A DNA stretch of 64,000 bases, from NCBI GenBank assembly GCA_951406725.2, contig OX597815.1, positions 173,972,001-174,036,000 on the forward strand, written 5' to 3'. Positions 51,870 through 64,000 of the stretch are shown piece after piece. A model generated the notes under the pieces. The model searched no databases. It had not been told where the DNA came from and saw nothing but the letters and a program-made list of their open reading frames with translations. Source of the stretch: Octopus vulgaris (taxonomy: Eukaryota). A program made the translations under genes and the position numbers. How positions within the stretch are numbered: the first letter of the stretch is position 1; every line of letters starts with the position of its first letter.

Positions 51870-52050
51870 ATAAGGTAAGGCAAGCTGACAGAATATTAGA
51901 ATGCCAGGCAAGATACTTAGTGGCATTTCATCTGTTTTATATTCTGAGTTCAAATTCTGCCAAGGTCCACTTTGCCTTTCATTCTTTTGATAAAATAAGT
52001 ACCAGTTGAGAACTGCAGTCAATGTAATTGACTTAAATCCTTCCCCAAAA
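51870..52050 (+). mobile_element. SINE family C
   Basis: GGCAAGCTGACAGAAT...TTCTGAGTTCAAATTCTGCCAAGGTC.ACTTTGCCTTTCAT...AAATAAGTACCAGTT. Confidence 0.7.
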
Positions 52051-52682
52051 GGAGCTGGAGGGCTGGTAGAAATGGTGAGAAGGTTTTGTTATTTGGGAGA
52101 TAGGGTGGATGTAAGTGAGGGATGTGAAGTAACTGTGACAGCAAGAGCTAGACTTGGCTGCATAAAGTTCAGGGAATGTGGAGCATTGTTATATGGGAAA
52201 AGGTTCTCATTAAAGATGAAAGGAAAGGGTCTATAAGAGTTGTATGGGAGCTGCAATGCTGTATGGGAGTGAGACATGGTGTCTGAGGTAGAGAGAGATG
52301 GTAATTTCAAGTAGGACTGAGAGAGCAATGGTGAGAGAAATGTGTTTGGTGAAGCTCTTTGATAAGAGGAGGACTGGGGATATGATGGGAATGCTGGGGC
52401 TGGAGGAATCAGTGGAATGGTTGGCAAGGGCAAATGGAATGAGGTGGTATGGGCATGTGTTGAGGAGGGATGAAGAGCATGACTGAGAAGGGTGATTGTG
52501 TTTGAGGTAAATGGAATGCGAAAGTGAGATAGAAAGGTAGAGGAGATTGGGAGGGTTGGTTTGAAAAAGGAGAACACCCAAAGCCAGGCAAGATGGTATG
52601 AGGGCAGTTGCTATGGCATTGAGGTAGATCCGGCCACCCCCATTAATGGGGACAAAACCAAGATTTAAAACCCTGGATGATC
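52051..52682 (+). mobile_element. RTE LINE 3' end (second subfamily, short 3'UTR)
   Basis: VRRFCYLGD...GCEVTVTARARLG.IKFREC..LLYGKRFSLKMKG, MLYGSETW, RTERAMVR.MC and RWYGHVLRR; ends near AAACCCTGGATGAT. Confidence 0.85.
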
Positions 52683-53009
52683 CACCCTGTCTCCAAAATA
52701 GTGGATGTGTATAAGTGTATAGACACAAATGATGATGATGAACATAACCTCTGCTTGTTAAAAAATATATATTAGTGATAGAGGCAGCATTTTAACAAGC
52801 TAACTGACTAGTTGTGACACCAGTGCCTGTTCTGATACTGTTTTTCTTTATATCACTGGTGACAGGATGAGCTGCTGCTATCTCTAGCAGATGAGCATCC
52901 ATCATTGACAAGATCAAGCAAGGTCAAAATCACGTGATCTGGTGGTCTCAACACTGGTAGTGAAATAAACAAGAGTGCATTTTACACCAAAAGCCAATAT
53001 GAAAGTTTC

Positions 53010-53245
53010 TTATTTTTTTACTGCCCACAAGGGACTAAACATAGAGGGGAAAAAACAAGGATAGACAAAGGGATTAAGTCAATGTGATCGACCCCAGTGC
53101 GTAACTGGTACTTAATTTATCGACCCCAAAAAGACGAAAGGCAAAGTCAAGCTCGGTGGAGTTTGATCTCATACAAAACGGCAGACAAAATAATGCTAAG
53201 CATTTCGCCCGGTGTGCTAACGTTTCTACCAGCTCACTGCCTTTC
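53010..53245 (-). mobile_element. SINE family C, young copy
   Basis: ATCGACCCCAGTGCGTAACTGGTACTTAATTTATCGACCCC.AAAG..GAAAGGCAAAGTC; CpG-rich. Confidence 0.75.
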
Positions 53246-53328
53246 AATATGAAAATTTCTCTCATGGTAACTACCACAATACAGTTTCTTCTAACAGAAC
53301 ATTCATGTTTAAGTGGGGATAAATATTT

Positions 53329-54557
53329 CAAGGGGTGTTCATTAAAGATTTTCCCTGATCCACTTCAGGTTATTGCAGGAAATGAACTTGTACAGGTATA
53401 ATTATACATGTCTCTATATGTCACATTGTAAAATGCAGCTTTCCACTTTGTCTTTTATGGCTGCTGAAGTGGATTAAGGTGTTATAATGGAGGTAGTTGA
53501 ATGCAGATCAGTAATTAGGTTCTTATACTCAAAAAATTGTACACCAAAAGAAACTTTCGATGAGTTGAAAGAAGTTTATGGTGACGATGCACCATCATAT
53601 GATGTAGTCAAGCACTGGCATCACAAGTTCAAATGTGATCAGACATCAGTGGAAACTGCTGCTATTCCTGGACAACCACATTTCGCCATTGATGATGACT
53701 CCATTAAGTGGAAGCCACCATTTCAGAGGATTGCCACATAGCTTTTCTGCAACTAGCCCCCAAGAAGGGAAGATAAGAGTAAGGTCCTTGAAAAAAAAAT
53801 CATTCATGACCATTTGCACATGCAGAAGTTGTCTGCACAATGGATTCCTTGGATGCTCTCACCTTTTCAGAAGCAAGAACAAATCAATTGCTTCCAAGCT
53901 CTTTTGGCAATGTGCCAAGAAAATGAGGAGGATTTTTTCAGCAGACTAAAACATAGGATGAAACATGAACCCATCACTATGATCCTGAGACTAAAGTCCA
54001 GTTGAAGCAATGGAAGCATGATAACTTACCACCTCCAAAGAAGGCTCATGTCCAACCCTCAGCAGGTAAGGTGATGCTCACAGTCTTTTGGTACCAGTGT
54101 GGAGTAGTGATGTTGGATTTTCTGGTGAGGGCACCACAATTAATGGGGCATATTATGCTTCTCTGCTGGTACTGTGGGATGCCATTAAAGCAGAGAGGCG
54201 TGGCTTGCCTACTCCAAGACAATGCTCCAGTTCACAATGCACATGTTGTCCAGATGAAAGAACATGTCTGTGGCTATGAAATCTTTTCTCATCCCCCTTA
54301 CTCTCCAGACCTTGCACCATCTGACTTCCACCACTTTCCAACCATGAAGCACTTTTTGGATGATGATGAACTTATTTCTGAGGTAAAGTCTAGGCTCAAG
54401 ATGCAACCTACCAACTTCTACACAACTGCATAAAACAATGGGAGAAGTGTGTCACCAGTGGTGGTGGTTATGTAGAGAAGGAGTAATAATTATGCCAAGT
54501 TTCGTTTATCCCAGTCCTTGGGAAGTGGGTCAGGGGAAATCTTTAATGAACACTCCC
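53329..54557 (+). mobile_element. Full-length decayed mariner (DD34D) with both TIRs
   Basis: TIRs GGGGTGTTCATTAAAGATTTTCCCTGATCCACTT / AAGTGGGTCAGGGGAAATCTTTAATGAACACTCC. Transposase from 53487: RSVIRFL, WIPWML (WVPHEL-like), AGKVMLTVFW, LQDNAPVH and HPPYSPDLAPSDF (34 aa between the Ds), frameshifted. Confidence 0.93.
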
Positions 54558-56939
54558 TACCTCTGCTTTCTCTGCAGCCATCTTTGCTGATGCTAAGTAT
54601 CCTATGTTCATTTCTTTACTGTATTACACATTATTAGCTTCAGTGTTTCATTATCTCTTTATTACTGGAGTTAAAACATATTGTTTCATGATATTAGTGG
54701 GAAAGAGAGCAAATTCAGTTAGGACTTTAAATAAGGAGAGAATAGTTCAACGAAATTCAGCAATCCTTTCTAATGGGGTTAAGATACTACCAGGAATTTT
54801 TTTAATAGCTTTTACTTTAAAATCAATTATTATATTATTTGGTTTAAGTAAGTGAGAGCTTCTTTTATATCAGAGAATTTTGAGAAATATGGTAGTTACA
54901 TTTTGCCTTCCACATGGATTAATTCAAAGTTGGTTTTTACTCGGTTGTGAAATCATTAGATTCAGTGACAGATGCTCTGGAGAGGAAATTTAACAGATAC
55001 TATTGTTGACATATCAAAATACATTTAAATAAATATTGAGATAAGATCATACAATTTGATGGATACAGTATTGAAATGGCAGGTGATAAATATAAAAGGA
55101 AAGATTAAATTAATGGTGTATAAAATAATGTGCAGTCACTGATATTGATAACAAAGCTAGGATTTCTTATGTATATATTGCATGCTGAGATATTAATCTG
55201 CTCTGCACATTATACTGCATATATAGAGAACTAACAGACATAAAGAAATGCAAAATTGCATGCAAAATCTTGAACTGCTGTGAGAGAGTCAGACATAGAA
55301 ATATATAAAAAGAAAAAGAGTAAAACTGAACTGTCAGATGTTTGCATACAAAAACATGCATAAATCTGCAGCAGAAAATGTTCCATACTGAGACAAATAT
55401 TAACATACACTAAACTTCTGACATTGTATTTTTTATTTATTTTTATATGTTCTTGTACAGAAAGAAAGAGTACCTATATTTTATAAGAACCCTCCTCAAG
55501 TGGAGAATATCAACATTTATTGAAGTTTGTGTAATTTAATGCTTAATATAAATTGTATTTATTTGGTGGCTGGAAGGAAAGCATTGGTGGGAAGGGAATA
55601 ATAGAGTGACAAAAATGAATGCATAAAAAATTTAATGTAGGGCTAGGGGGGATTAAGATAGAAGCAGAAGCTTTAACATGTATACATAGCCATGTATGCA
55701 CATATGCTTATTTGTATAAATCAGCATCTCTACTAGTATAAATTCCCCAAGCATAAACTTTTACATATGTACATATATACTCGAATTTAGTGAAACGCTT
55801 GAATAAATATTGATGAATGAAACACTAATGTACAGTAGTTTATCTGAATGTATGATAAGTCTCAATAGTTTCATCCTATTTCAGAACTTGATTTCTACAT
55901 CTCATTTCCTCAATAGACAGTTTTGTCACCACAGAATATTCAATAATTCTATTATTTCCTTGTTTCTATTGTTACTTTTTCTGTTATTGTTGATCCTGAT
56001 TCTAATAGTACTATTTCTATTGTTGTTGTTGTTGCTGCTGTTGTTATTGTTTCTGTTGTCATTGTTTGTTTAGTTGAATCTTTTGTTAGTGGTGATGGTG
56101 GTGGTGGTGGTGGTGGTGGTATCTTTTCTGACTAGAAAATATTCATTAGAAGAACAATGACTTTTCATTAAAATCATGATTGCACAATCAGTGACTTTCA
56201 CAAAATTAAATAAATATCAGTGCCTGCTTTATTCCATTACTAGTTGGTCTGAACAGAGAAAAGGTAGATAATTATTGAAGAATAGTTTAATTCTATAGAT
56301 GGTAGCAAATATCAAATATTCATAGAAATGTATTCCACAAACTACTGAAAAATAGTTTGGGAAAAGAAAAAAAAAAGACCAATAAAAAAACCTCCACTTA
56401 TTATGAGAAGCTAAATAGAGACTAACATGAAATATGATTTAACATGAATATTATTTACTTGCATATTAAAATACCATACAACACTGAGCATGTGGACACC
56501 ATTATATAATTGATTCATTTGGCTCCCAATATTACATTGGTAATGATTTGCTAGGCTGCTGTCACATAACTCCAGAATTTTTTAATATCGGTGCCCCAGC
56601 ATGGCCACAGCTCATGAGCTGAAACTAAAAAATCAAAAATCAAAATCAAAAATATGAGAGCCATCTAAAATGTCAAATTGAAAACTTGTTGGTTGTGACA
56701 AAGAACTATTCATGAAATAATAGAATTAGATCTTCATAAATCATCTTCAGGTTATGGTAAAATCCAGTGCTATTTAATCCTATAGTCTTGTATTTTTATG
56801 AACTATAAAGAATATAATCACTTATTTACATATGTATTCTTTTATTTTCCTATAAAATGTGAAGCTTATAAGAACATGTAACTCTCTGAGCCTTACAATA
56901 CATGTATAATTGATTTAAAAGAATTTATAGGAATCAGAA

Positions 56940-57955
56940 AAGAGCACTCACTAAGAATAAACCATTGTACTTGGTGTTTGTTGACTTGGAGAAAGCCTTC
57001 AACAGAGTACCCCACTGTGTGAGATGATGAGCTCTGAGGAAGCTAGGGGTTGAAGAGTGGCTGATGAAAGCTGTACAGGCCATGTTTTGTCAGTAAGGTG
57101 AGAGTTAATGAGTACAGTGATGAATTTAGAGTCCAGTTAGGCATTCATCAGGGTTCGGTTCTCTGTCCCACTCCTATTCATCATTGTTCTCCAGGCCATA
57201 ACAGTGGAATTCAAGACTGGCTGCCCTTGGGAACTAATATATGTTGATCTCGTTCTCATAACAAAGATAGAAAAGGAATTTCAGGCATGGAAGAAAAACC
57301 TAGAGTTGAAGAGCCTTAAAATTAACTTAGCGAAAACCAAGGTTCTAGAAAGCAGGAAAACAGACAGGATCCTACCCATTCCAGGTAAATGGCTGCTTGG
57401 TATGTGGGAAAAATATGGGCAGGAATTCCATAAGGTGTATCTTGTGCAGATAGTGCAGTGGAATAATAGGAAGGTTAACAGAGGAAGTAGTGTTTGTATG
57501 TGGTAGATGTACAGGAGCCATAAAGTTTACAGATACACAGAAAATTGATTCGCTTAAATGCTTCGGTGACTTTCTAGTGGTAGTAGATAATTTCTGCTGC
57601 CTAGTTGACCTAGTTAGCAGTAGAGAAGAATGTTCCAAAAATGTAACTGCTAGAACACAGGTAGAATAGAAGAGAAAATTCAGAGAGCTTTTATCTCTGT
57701 TGGTAACAAAATGTCTCTTTCTCTAACTGAAAGAAAGATGGTATGATGCATGAGTATGAACAACAATGCCACATCATGGTAGTGAAATGTGGGCCCTGAA
57801 TGCAGAGGACATGCGAAGACTACAGTAGAACAAAGCTAGTATGCTCTGCTGGATGTGCAATGTCAGTGTACATGTGGGACAGAACTCAATTGTTTTGAGA
57901 GAAAAGTTTGGAATTAGATGTGGTGTACAAGAGAGAAGATTGCACTAGTTTTGAC
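56940..57955 (+). mobile_element. RTE LINE RT relic with an inserted Cys-rich (PHD-like) segment
   Basis: PLYLVFVDLEKAFNRVP, ALRKLGVEEWL, GIHQGSVL, FKTGCPWELIY(V)DLVL, LKINLAKTKVL, then CLVCGK..GRNSIRCILC..CSG...FVCGRC. Confidence 0.9.
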
Positions 57956-58499
57956 ACATATTTTTTGCTCAACTTTCTCTATCATGGTCAATGCAATGAT
58001 CACACGCTACACACCTTCCTTCCAAGTACTGCTGTAAACAGCAGAATTGAGCTAGGACGTTAAAACTTAGTGTACATGCACAGCAGAGTTCATGGTCAAT
58101 ATTTGTCAAGCAGCTTTACTCTGTGTACTTTAGCTTTGTTACTACGGCAACAGTCTGGATACTTATTGATCAGACCTCATGTGTGTGTATGTGTGTGTGT
58201 GCGCGTAAATTTCCTTTGTATAGGTTATAACATCATAACTCAGAGTTTCCCATGCTAGATGTTTTCTTATGTGATATAGTGTTTGCTGACTGCTTGGGAA
58301 AATATTGAGGCCATGAAATCCAAGTAACAATATTTTAATCTATATGGGGAATATATAAATATACATATAATAATATGTAGATTAACTAAATAAAGAAGGC
58401 AGTTTGAGACACATCTATTGAAATAATATACATATCATATCATCACACAATTGATTTTTTGGAAACTGAATGCATTGATGAAGATACAACCAGAACTAG

Positions 58500-58650
58500 C
58501 ATCAGTAACGTACCCTACTGCTCAATTAGTACTTATTTTATTGACTCTGAAAGGCTGAAAGCAAAGTTAACCTTGCTAGAATTCGAACTCAGAATGGACA
58601 AAATGCTGCTAAGCATTTTTTCCAGCATGCTAATGATACTGCCAGCTTAC
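58500..58650 (-). mobile_element. SINE family C fragment
   Basis: AGTACTTATTTTATTGAC.CTGAAAGG.TGAAAGCAAAGT...GAATTCGAACTCAGAA. Confidence 0.7.
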
Positions 58651-58897
58651 TGTTTTTATGTATGTATATATATTGAGAGATAGAAAGATATAGATATAGA
58701 CATACTGATATTTGCATACTTACACAATTATAGATAATTGTATGTGTGCATATATGTGCACATGTATGTTGTGGTGGCCATTATTATATCATTGATTATA
58801 AGCAATTAGGAACAAGGTTATGCTCATGAACAAATAGATATGTATTTCCATGCCTTTATTACATTTAACTCTATATCTTATACATGTACAAAACATA

Positions 58898-60192
58898 CAG
58901 GGTGCACTAAGTAAATTGTTACCATTTTATATTTTTAATTTCAAGCATGAACATTGTTTGTTTTTGATTTTGTCAACTACACAGTATAGTAGAGTCAGTT
59001 GGGCCTCATCTGTGAGAAAAACAGCACCATGATGAAATTCACTCTGCCAAGAATTTGGAAATGACATGCTGTACTGCTTGGGATTTGTGCTAGAAGCTCC
59101 AATACAAATATTTCAGAGTGTTTGAGTGTCAATCTGAGGACAGTGCAGAGGATTCAGAAAGAGTTGGATGAGTTTAATGGTGATTACAAAGGTACAGCAG
59201 CTCAGGAAACTCAATCCGATCATTCTGATAAGAAATGAACTCCTGGATTTGTTGCTGAGATCAAGGCTATGATTGACAACAATCCTTCCAAGTCAATCAG
59301 GTTCATCGTTAGGGACATGGGAGTGTCTGAGTTTCTTATCAGGTAGGTAGTGCATGAAGACATTTGGTATTCCTCATACAAAATGAGAAAGGGCCAATTT
59401 TTATCCCAAACCATCAAGAACAAGAGGGAAGACCACACTATGAAGCTTTTAAACAAACTCAAGCATCCCCTCCAACTGCACATGCTTTGGTTTTTCTCAG
59501 ACGAGAAAAATTTCTGCCAGGATCAAATGGGGAACACACAGCAACTGTTGGCTTGCCATGTCCCCAAAACATGTACCAAGAGTGATAAAAATCAAATATC
59601 TAGTCAACATCATGGTGTTTGGGGTGATCACTAGTGATGGAGACGTTATGCCTCCATTCATCTTCCCATGCAGCCTCAGATTCAACATGGAGTGCTACAT
59701 CAAGTGCCTGGAGGAGGTAGTGCTGCATTGGGTCAAGAGGGTAACTGCTGGAAGACCCTATGTCTGGCAACAGGACTCTGCACCATGCCACACAAGCAGG
59801 AGAACCTAGTCATGGCTGTCAGGCAATTTCTGTGGCCACATCACCCCCAACATCTGGCCACCTAACTCCCCACAATGCAACCCCATTGATTATTTATGTG
59901 TGGGGTGCATTTGAGCAAGAGACCAACAAAGCTGCCTGTAACACCAAAGATGAACTGAAGGCAAGGATTATGGCAGCATTCACCAACTTAAATGAGGAGG
60001 CCATCCAGAAGAGTTGCAGGAGAGTCATCTGGAAACTGCGGTTGAAGCCAATGGCAATTTTATTGAATAAATTTAGTCTTTAGTATTTCAAGATATTTTA
60101 ATGTAATTTTGGAGATATATCTGTTAAAATGGGATGTCAGTGTTATTTTCATCTTTGCGTAATTTTGACGATAATTAATTCCCCACACCCTA
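58898..60192 (+). mobile_element. Full-length decayed maT-type (DD37D) Tc1/mariner element
   Basis: TA-CAGGGTG... left end and ...CACCCTA-TA right end. WFFSDEKNF, IMVFGVITSDG.VMPP and WQQDSAPCH...WPPNSPQCNPIDY (37 residues between the Ds), with stops and frameshifts. Confidence 0.9.
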
Positions 60193-61459
60193 TATTTATA
60201 TAATACTGTAGAACATTTCGATGTGCCTGTAGGTAATAGTTGAAAATTTACAATATGTAAAATGTAGATAATGATCTCATTAAATTTGTTATGCTGCATG
60301 TGTGCTTTATTATTATAGAAATAAGAGAACATAGAGCAGATAAATTGATAGTTGGATAATTAATCTTTGTCAAACATGTTTTATATAAGGGTAAGTAGAA
60401 AAGGGTGAGAGCACATGTTGGAAAGTGAAGTGACCAAGTTCTGTGTGGAAATCGAGTTGATTCTGGAATCCAAACTGCTAGTTTATATAACCCTCGGTAA
60501 AATTTTACAGAACCTTTGAATTGCAAATTGGAAAGAAATTAACATAACCTTCCTTTGATGTTTGTTACTATTAGCTGATACACACCAGCAATGCTGATTG
60601 ACTGGTAAACATTTACCATTCCTCTTATGGCTATATAAATAGGCTATGGCTCATAGCTGGAAATACAATGTTAGAATCTGGCCAAAGTCTCACTACATTG
60701 TTATTGTATTTACAGATATGTTTCACCAATTTTTTGCCACCCTCTTCCTCCTCACATTTATCTGTCCTTCACCTGTAAGTCTGTTTGTGGTTGTTTAATA
60801 CATAGCCCCCATATTCCTGTCTCCATATATCCTCCCATTATAGTTTATCCTGTCACCTTAACTAAATATTTTCAAGGTTGTTTGAGTTATGTATAGATAT
60901 TATATTGCTTAACATTCTGGCTCTTTTCCAGTTCACCTTTCCTTTTTAACTTCAATTTCCCTTTTTAAACGTCCCTCTTTAACTTCTTTGATATTCACAG
61001 CACGCTTATTGCTTGTGTGTCCTTTTCCTTGCCAGATTTATCCCTCACCTTCAGAGGCTTTTTTTAACTCTCATTTCCTTATTCTGAGATGGCATTCCAG
61101 AACAGCTATAACATATAGGAAACATTATAAGGATGAAGGAGGCAGTACATTCTACTCATCTCATATAAATAAACATTATTATCTTCTGAACTTTATATAT
61201 TTTTGGCAATGCAGATCATTATAAGTTTCTATGAATTCTGGATTGGTATCTAACCAATCCTTTCACCCTGAAAACAGAGGCCAGATTTACCGTAATGTTT
61301 ATATGCATCCACTTGCATAACGTAAACATAAAACAGGACAGTGAAAAACACTGAGGGCTGCTGTCACAGACCAGACGCATTCTTGTCTGTATTCTCTCTT
61401 ATCTTTTCTCCCATCAAAGATTGTTCCTCCAGCGTTTGCCACCTTACCTTGTATGGCCT

Positions 61460-61745
61460 AGTGGCCCTCACTATTTGTTTTCACGGTCCTATTTTTGTTA
61501 CCAACTTCGACCCTCTGCAAATCCCAAATTTTATTCTGGTTCGCAGGAACAACTGTTTTCTCGAATGCACATATTGTCGTGAATTGCTTGAAATGTGGAA
61601 TAGATAAACAGCCAACAACTGATGAAGGGTCGTTCTTTATGTTAGTTGTCTTGTTTTCCACTTGTTTCTTTCGTTGTTTACATACAAAAGTTTGTCTTCA
61701 TATTTCATGTTTTCATATTTCGTATGTTGCTTATGTTTTATGACA
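61460..61745 (+). mobile_element. Non-coding dispersed repeat homologous to 16478-16925
   Basis: Same ordered blocks, including CCCTCTGCAAA, GCAGGAA and GAAA...CTGATGAAGGG. Confidence 0.6.
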
Positions 61746-61986
61746 TCCTGTACTCATATATGCATGTTTATAGACATATATGTGTATGTACATATATATA
61801 TATATATATATATGCATATATATATTATTTATATTATTATACGATTGAACGTCACACATCCATTTCCAAGTAAGTTTATCATATATATATATACATATAT
61901 ATATATATATGTATATGTATAGATATATATTGTATATATATATATATATATGTATGTATATGTATACATATATGTATACATATGTA

Positions 61987-62030
<44 letters not shown>

Positions 62031-62033
<3 letters not shown>

Positions 62034-63108
62034 TTATCAGTAATAATAAAGGGTGAAATTAATTAATTAGGGATAATTATCAATTACACCAAGTAGATTT
62101 CGGCATGTAAAAGCCCCATTCGAGGAAAATTTAAGTAATACTAAGTAATTAAGGGTTTAGCAACGAATTGCCTCACCAACACACCGAATTTAGAAATAGC
62201 AGTCAAAGAGATATAGCTATTCCTTCTACTAAAAGGGGGATCTCAGTAAAAACACAGCACTTGAAAGGCAAACACAGACAGGTAAGAAAGAAAGAATGAA
62301 ATGACGGCAATCCATCATGCAATTTTAAGTTACCTACGGACGTACGTTTCGAGATCAAGTTTTAGGATAGCATAAGAATTAGAAAATTCTACTTTACCCA
62401 AACTTCTTCTCTCATCGGCGCAGGATACCACAATTATGAATAATTGTATATTAAATTTTGAGATACTAGAATGCATCATCTCAACTCAGTGTCAGAGCGA
62501 GCCAAAGCATGACCAGTACCACGAAATTCAAAGTTTGAATGAAAGTTTGTGTCACCAGCCCCCTTCCACCCGCGTGTAGCCAAGACAAAATGCTGCGGTC
62601 ATTTACTGGGATAAAATATGGTTATCAGTAATAATAAAGGGTGAAATTAATTAATTAGGGATAATTATCAATTACACCAAGTAGATTTCGGCATGTAAAA
62701 GCCCCATTCGAGGAAAATTTAAGTAATACTAAGTAATTAAGGGTTTAGCAACGAATTGCCTCACCAACACACCGAATTTAGAAATAGCAGTCAAAGAGAT
62801 ATAGCTATTCCTTCTACTAAAAGGGGGATCTCAGTAAAAACACAGCACTTGAAAGGCAAACACAGACAGGTAAGAAAGAAAGAATGAAATGACGGCAATC
62901 TATCATGCAATTTTAACTTAAAATTGCATGATAGATTGCCGTCATTTCATTCTTTCTTTCTTACCTGTCTGTGTTTGCCTTTCAAGTGCTGTGTTTTTAC
63001 TGAGATCCCCCTTTTAGTAGAAGGAATAGCTATATCTCTTTGACTGCTATTTCTAAATTCGGTGTGTTGGTGAGGCAATTCGTTGCTAAACCCTTAATTA
63101 CTTAGTAT
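62031..63108 (-). mobile_element. Young non-coding hammerhead-bearing retroelement: 588-bp unit, 298-bp partial tandem copy and 191-bp inverted copy, inserted in (TA)n
   Basis: TGGTTATCAGTAATAATAAAGGG starts at 62031 and 62619 (one mismatch seen over ~298 bp). Palindrome arms 62726-62916 and 62918-63108. TA microsatellites on both sides, no ORF in the track. Confidence 0.85.
62333..62424 (-). ncRNA. Type I hammerhead ribozyme (U4C core variant, long stem II, palindromic stem III)
   Basis: Minus strand: CCTGCG-CCGATGA-GAGA[AAGTTT..AGAATT-TTCT-AATTCT..AAACTT]TCTC-GAAAC-GTAC-GTC^CGTAGG. Stem I CCTGCG/CGTAGG; predicted cleavage between 62339 and 62338. Confidence 0.75.
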
Positions 63109-63155
63109 ATATATATATATGTATGTATATGTGTATATATATGTATATATATATA

Positions 63156-63199
<44 letters not shown>

Positions 63200-63202
<3 letters not shown>

Positions 63203-63450
63203 TCATCATCATCATCATCATCATCGTTTAACGTCCGTTTTCCGCGCTAGCACGGGTTGGACGGTTTCGACCGGGGTCTGGGGAGCTAGGGACTGCCCCA
63301 GGCTCCAGTCTAGTCTAGCAGTGTTTCTACAGCTGGATGCCCTTCCTAATGCCAACCACTCCGCGAGTGTAGTGGGTGTTTTTTATTTGCCACCTGCACA
63401 GGTGCCAGAGGGGTCTGGCATCGGCCACGTTCGGATGGTGCTTTTTATGT
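63200..63450 (-). mobile_element. Family B tail, young copy; possibly extends through the purine-rich 63450-63875 segment
   Basis: (CAT)n-CGTTTAACGTCCGTTTTCCGCGCTAGCACGGGTTGGACGG...GGATGCCCTTCCTAATGCCAACCACTCCG. Confidence 0.8.
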
Positions 63451-63873
63451 GGGGGGGGGGGCAGAAATATAGGGGAGCACCAGTGGGGAGGGGTGGTTCA
63501 GAGAAATGATGACAGGTTCTAGGCAAGTAGAACGTAGGATATCAAGAGAGGGGTAATGCATGGTGAAATAGCGTATTGAAGAGGGGGTTCCAAGAGTAGA
63601 CACCTATAATGGTGGTGGGAGAAGCGACATCCGGTATAGATGGAGCAAAAATATAGAGATATCCGGTATTGGTGGTGGGGGTGGGCAAGGGCGGGTGCAC
63701 CGGGAATATGACGGGCTGACTTAAAAATGCTCTTAGCAAAGGAAGAGGGGGGATGGAGACAACGTAAAAGAGGGAGAGAGAGAAGGGAAATAGTGGAACC
63801 CTGCGAAAATGGGCCGCCATTGAAAAAAACCCCTGTATGGAGAAATAATATGCAATACGAGGCGAAGCTGAAA

Positions 63874-63875
<2 letters not shown>

Positions 63876-63922
<47 letters not shown>

Positions 63923-63992
63923 GCAAATTTTCGACCGAGGATCAAAGGGACAATACTAATACTAATAATAATAGTAATAATAATAAATAATA
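63876..63992. repeat. (TAA)n microsatellite
   Basis: Read directly. Confidence 0.9.
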
Positions 63993-64000
63993 AACAGCTC

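Noticed and set aside
53487-54433. Domesticated SETMAR-like transposase gene
   Set aside because: Split over several frames by frameshifts and stops, TIRs still present, no SET domain nearby.

Overview
AT-rich, microsatellite-dense eukaryotic DNA with no recognisable host protein-coding exon, RNA gene or CRISPR array. It reads as intronic or intergenic metazoan sequence, and the SINE, RTE-LINE and microsatellite make-up suggests an octopus (coleoid) genome (inference). All real protein similarity comes from decayed transposons: an R4/Dong-type RT and 3' end, several RTE LINE pieces, two Penelope-like (Naiad-type GIY-YIG) relics, three Tc1/mariner elements (DD36E, DD34D, DD37D) and a fragmented Helitron. 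There are also piggyBac-, hAT- and foldback-type MITEs, many SINEs and a diverged ~180-bp satellite. The most notable feature is at 62.0-63.1 kb: a young, non-coding 588-bp unit in partial tandem with a 191-bp fold-back. It carries an apparently intact minus-strand type I hammerhead ribozyme with a long stem II, and its inversion breakpoint maps 7-10 nt from the predicted self-cleavage site (retrozyme-like or non-autonomous Penelope-like element). Several related hammerhead motifs or relics occur elsewhere in the window. All assignments are by eye; no searches or folding were run.
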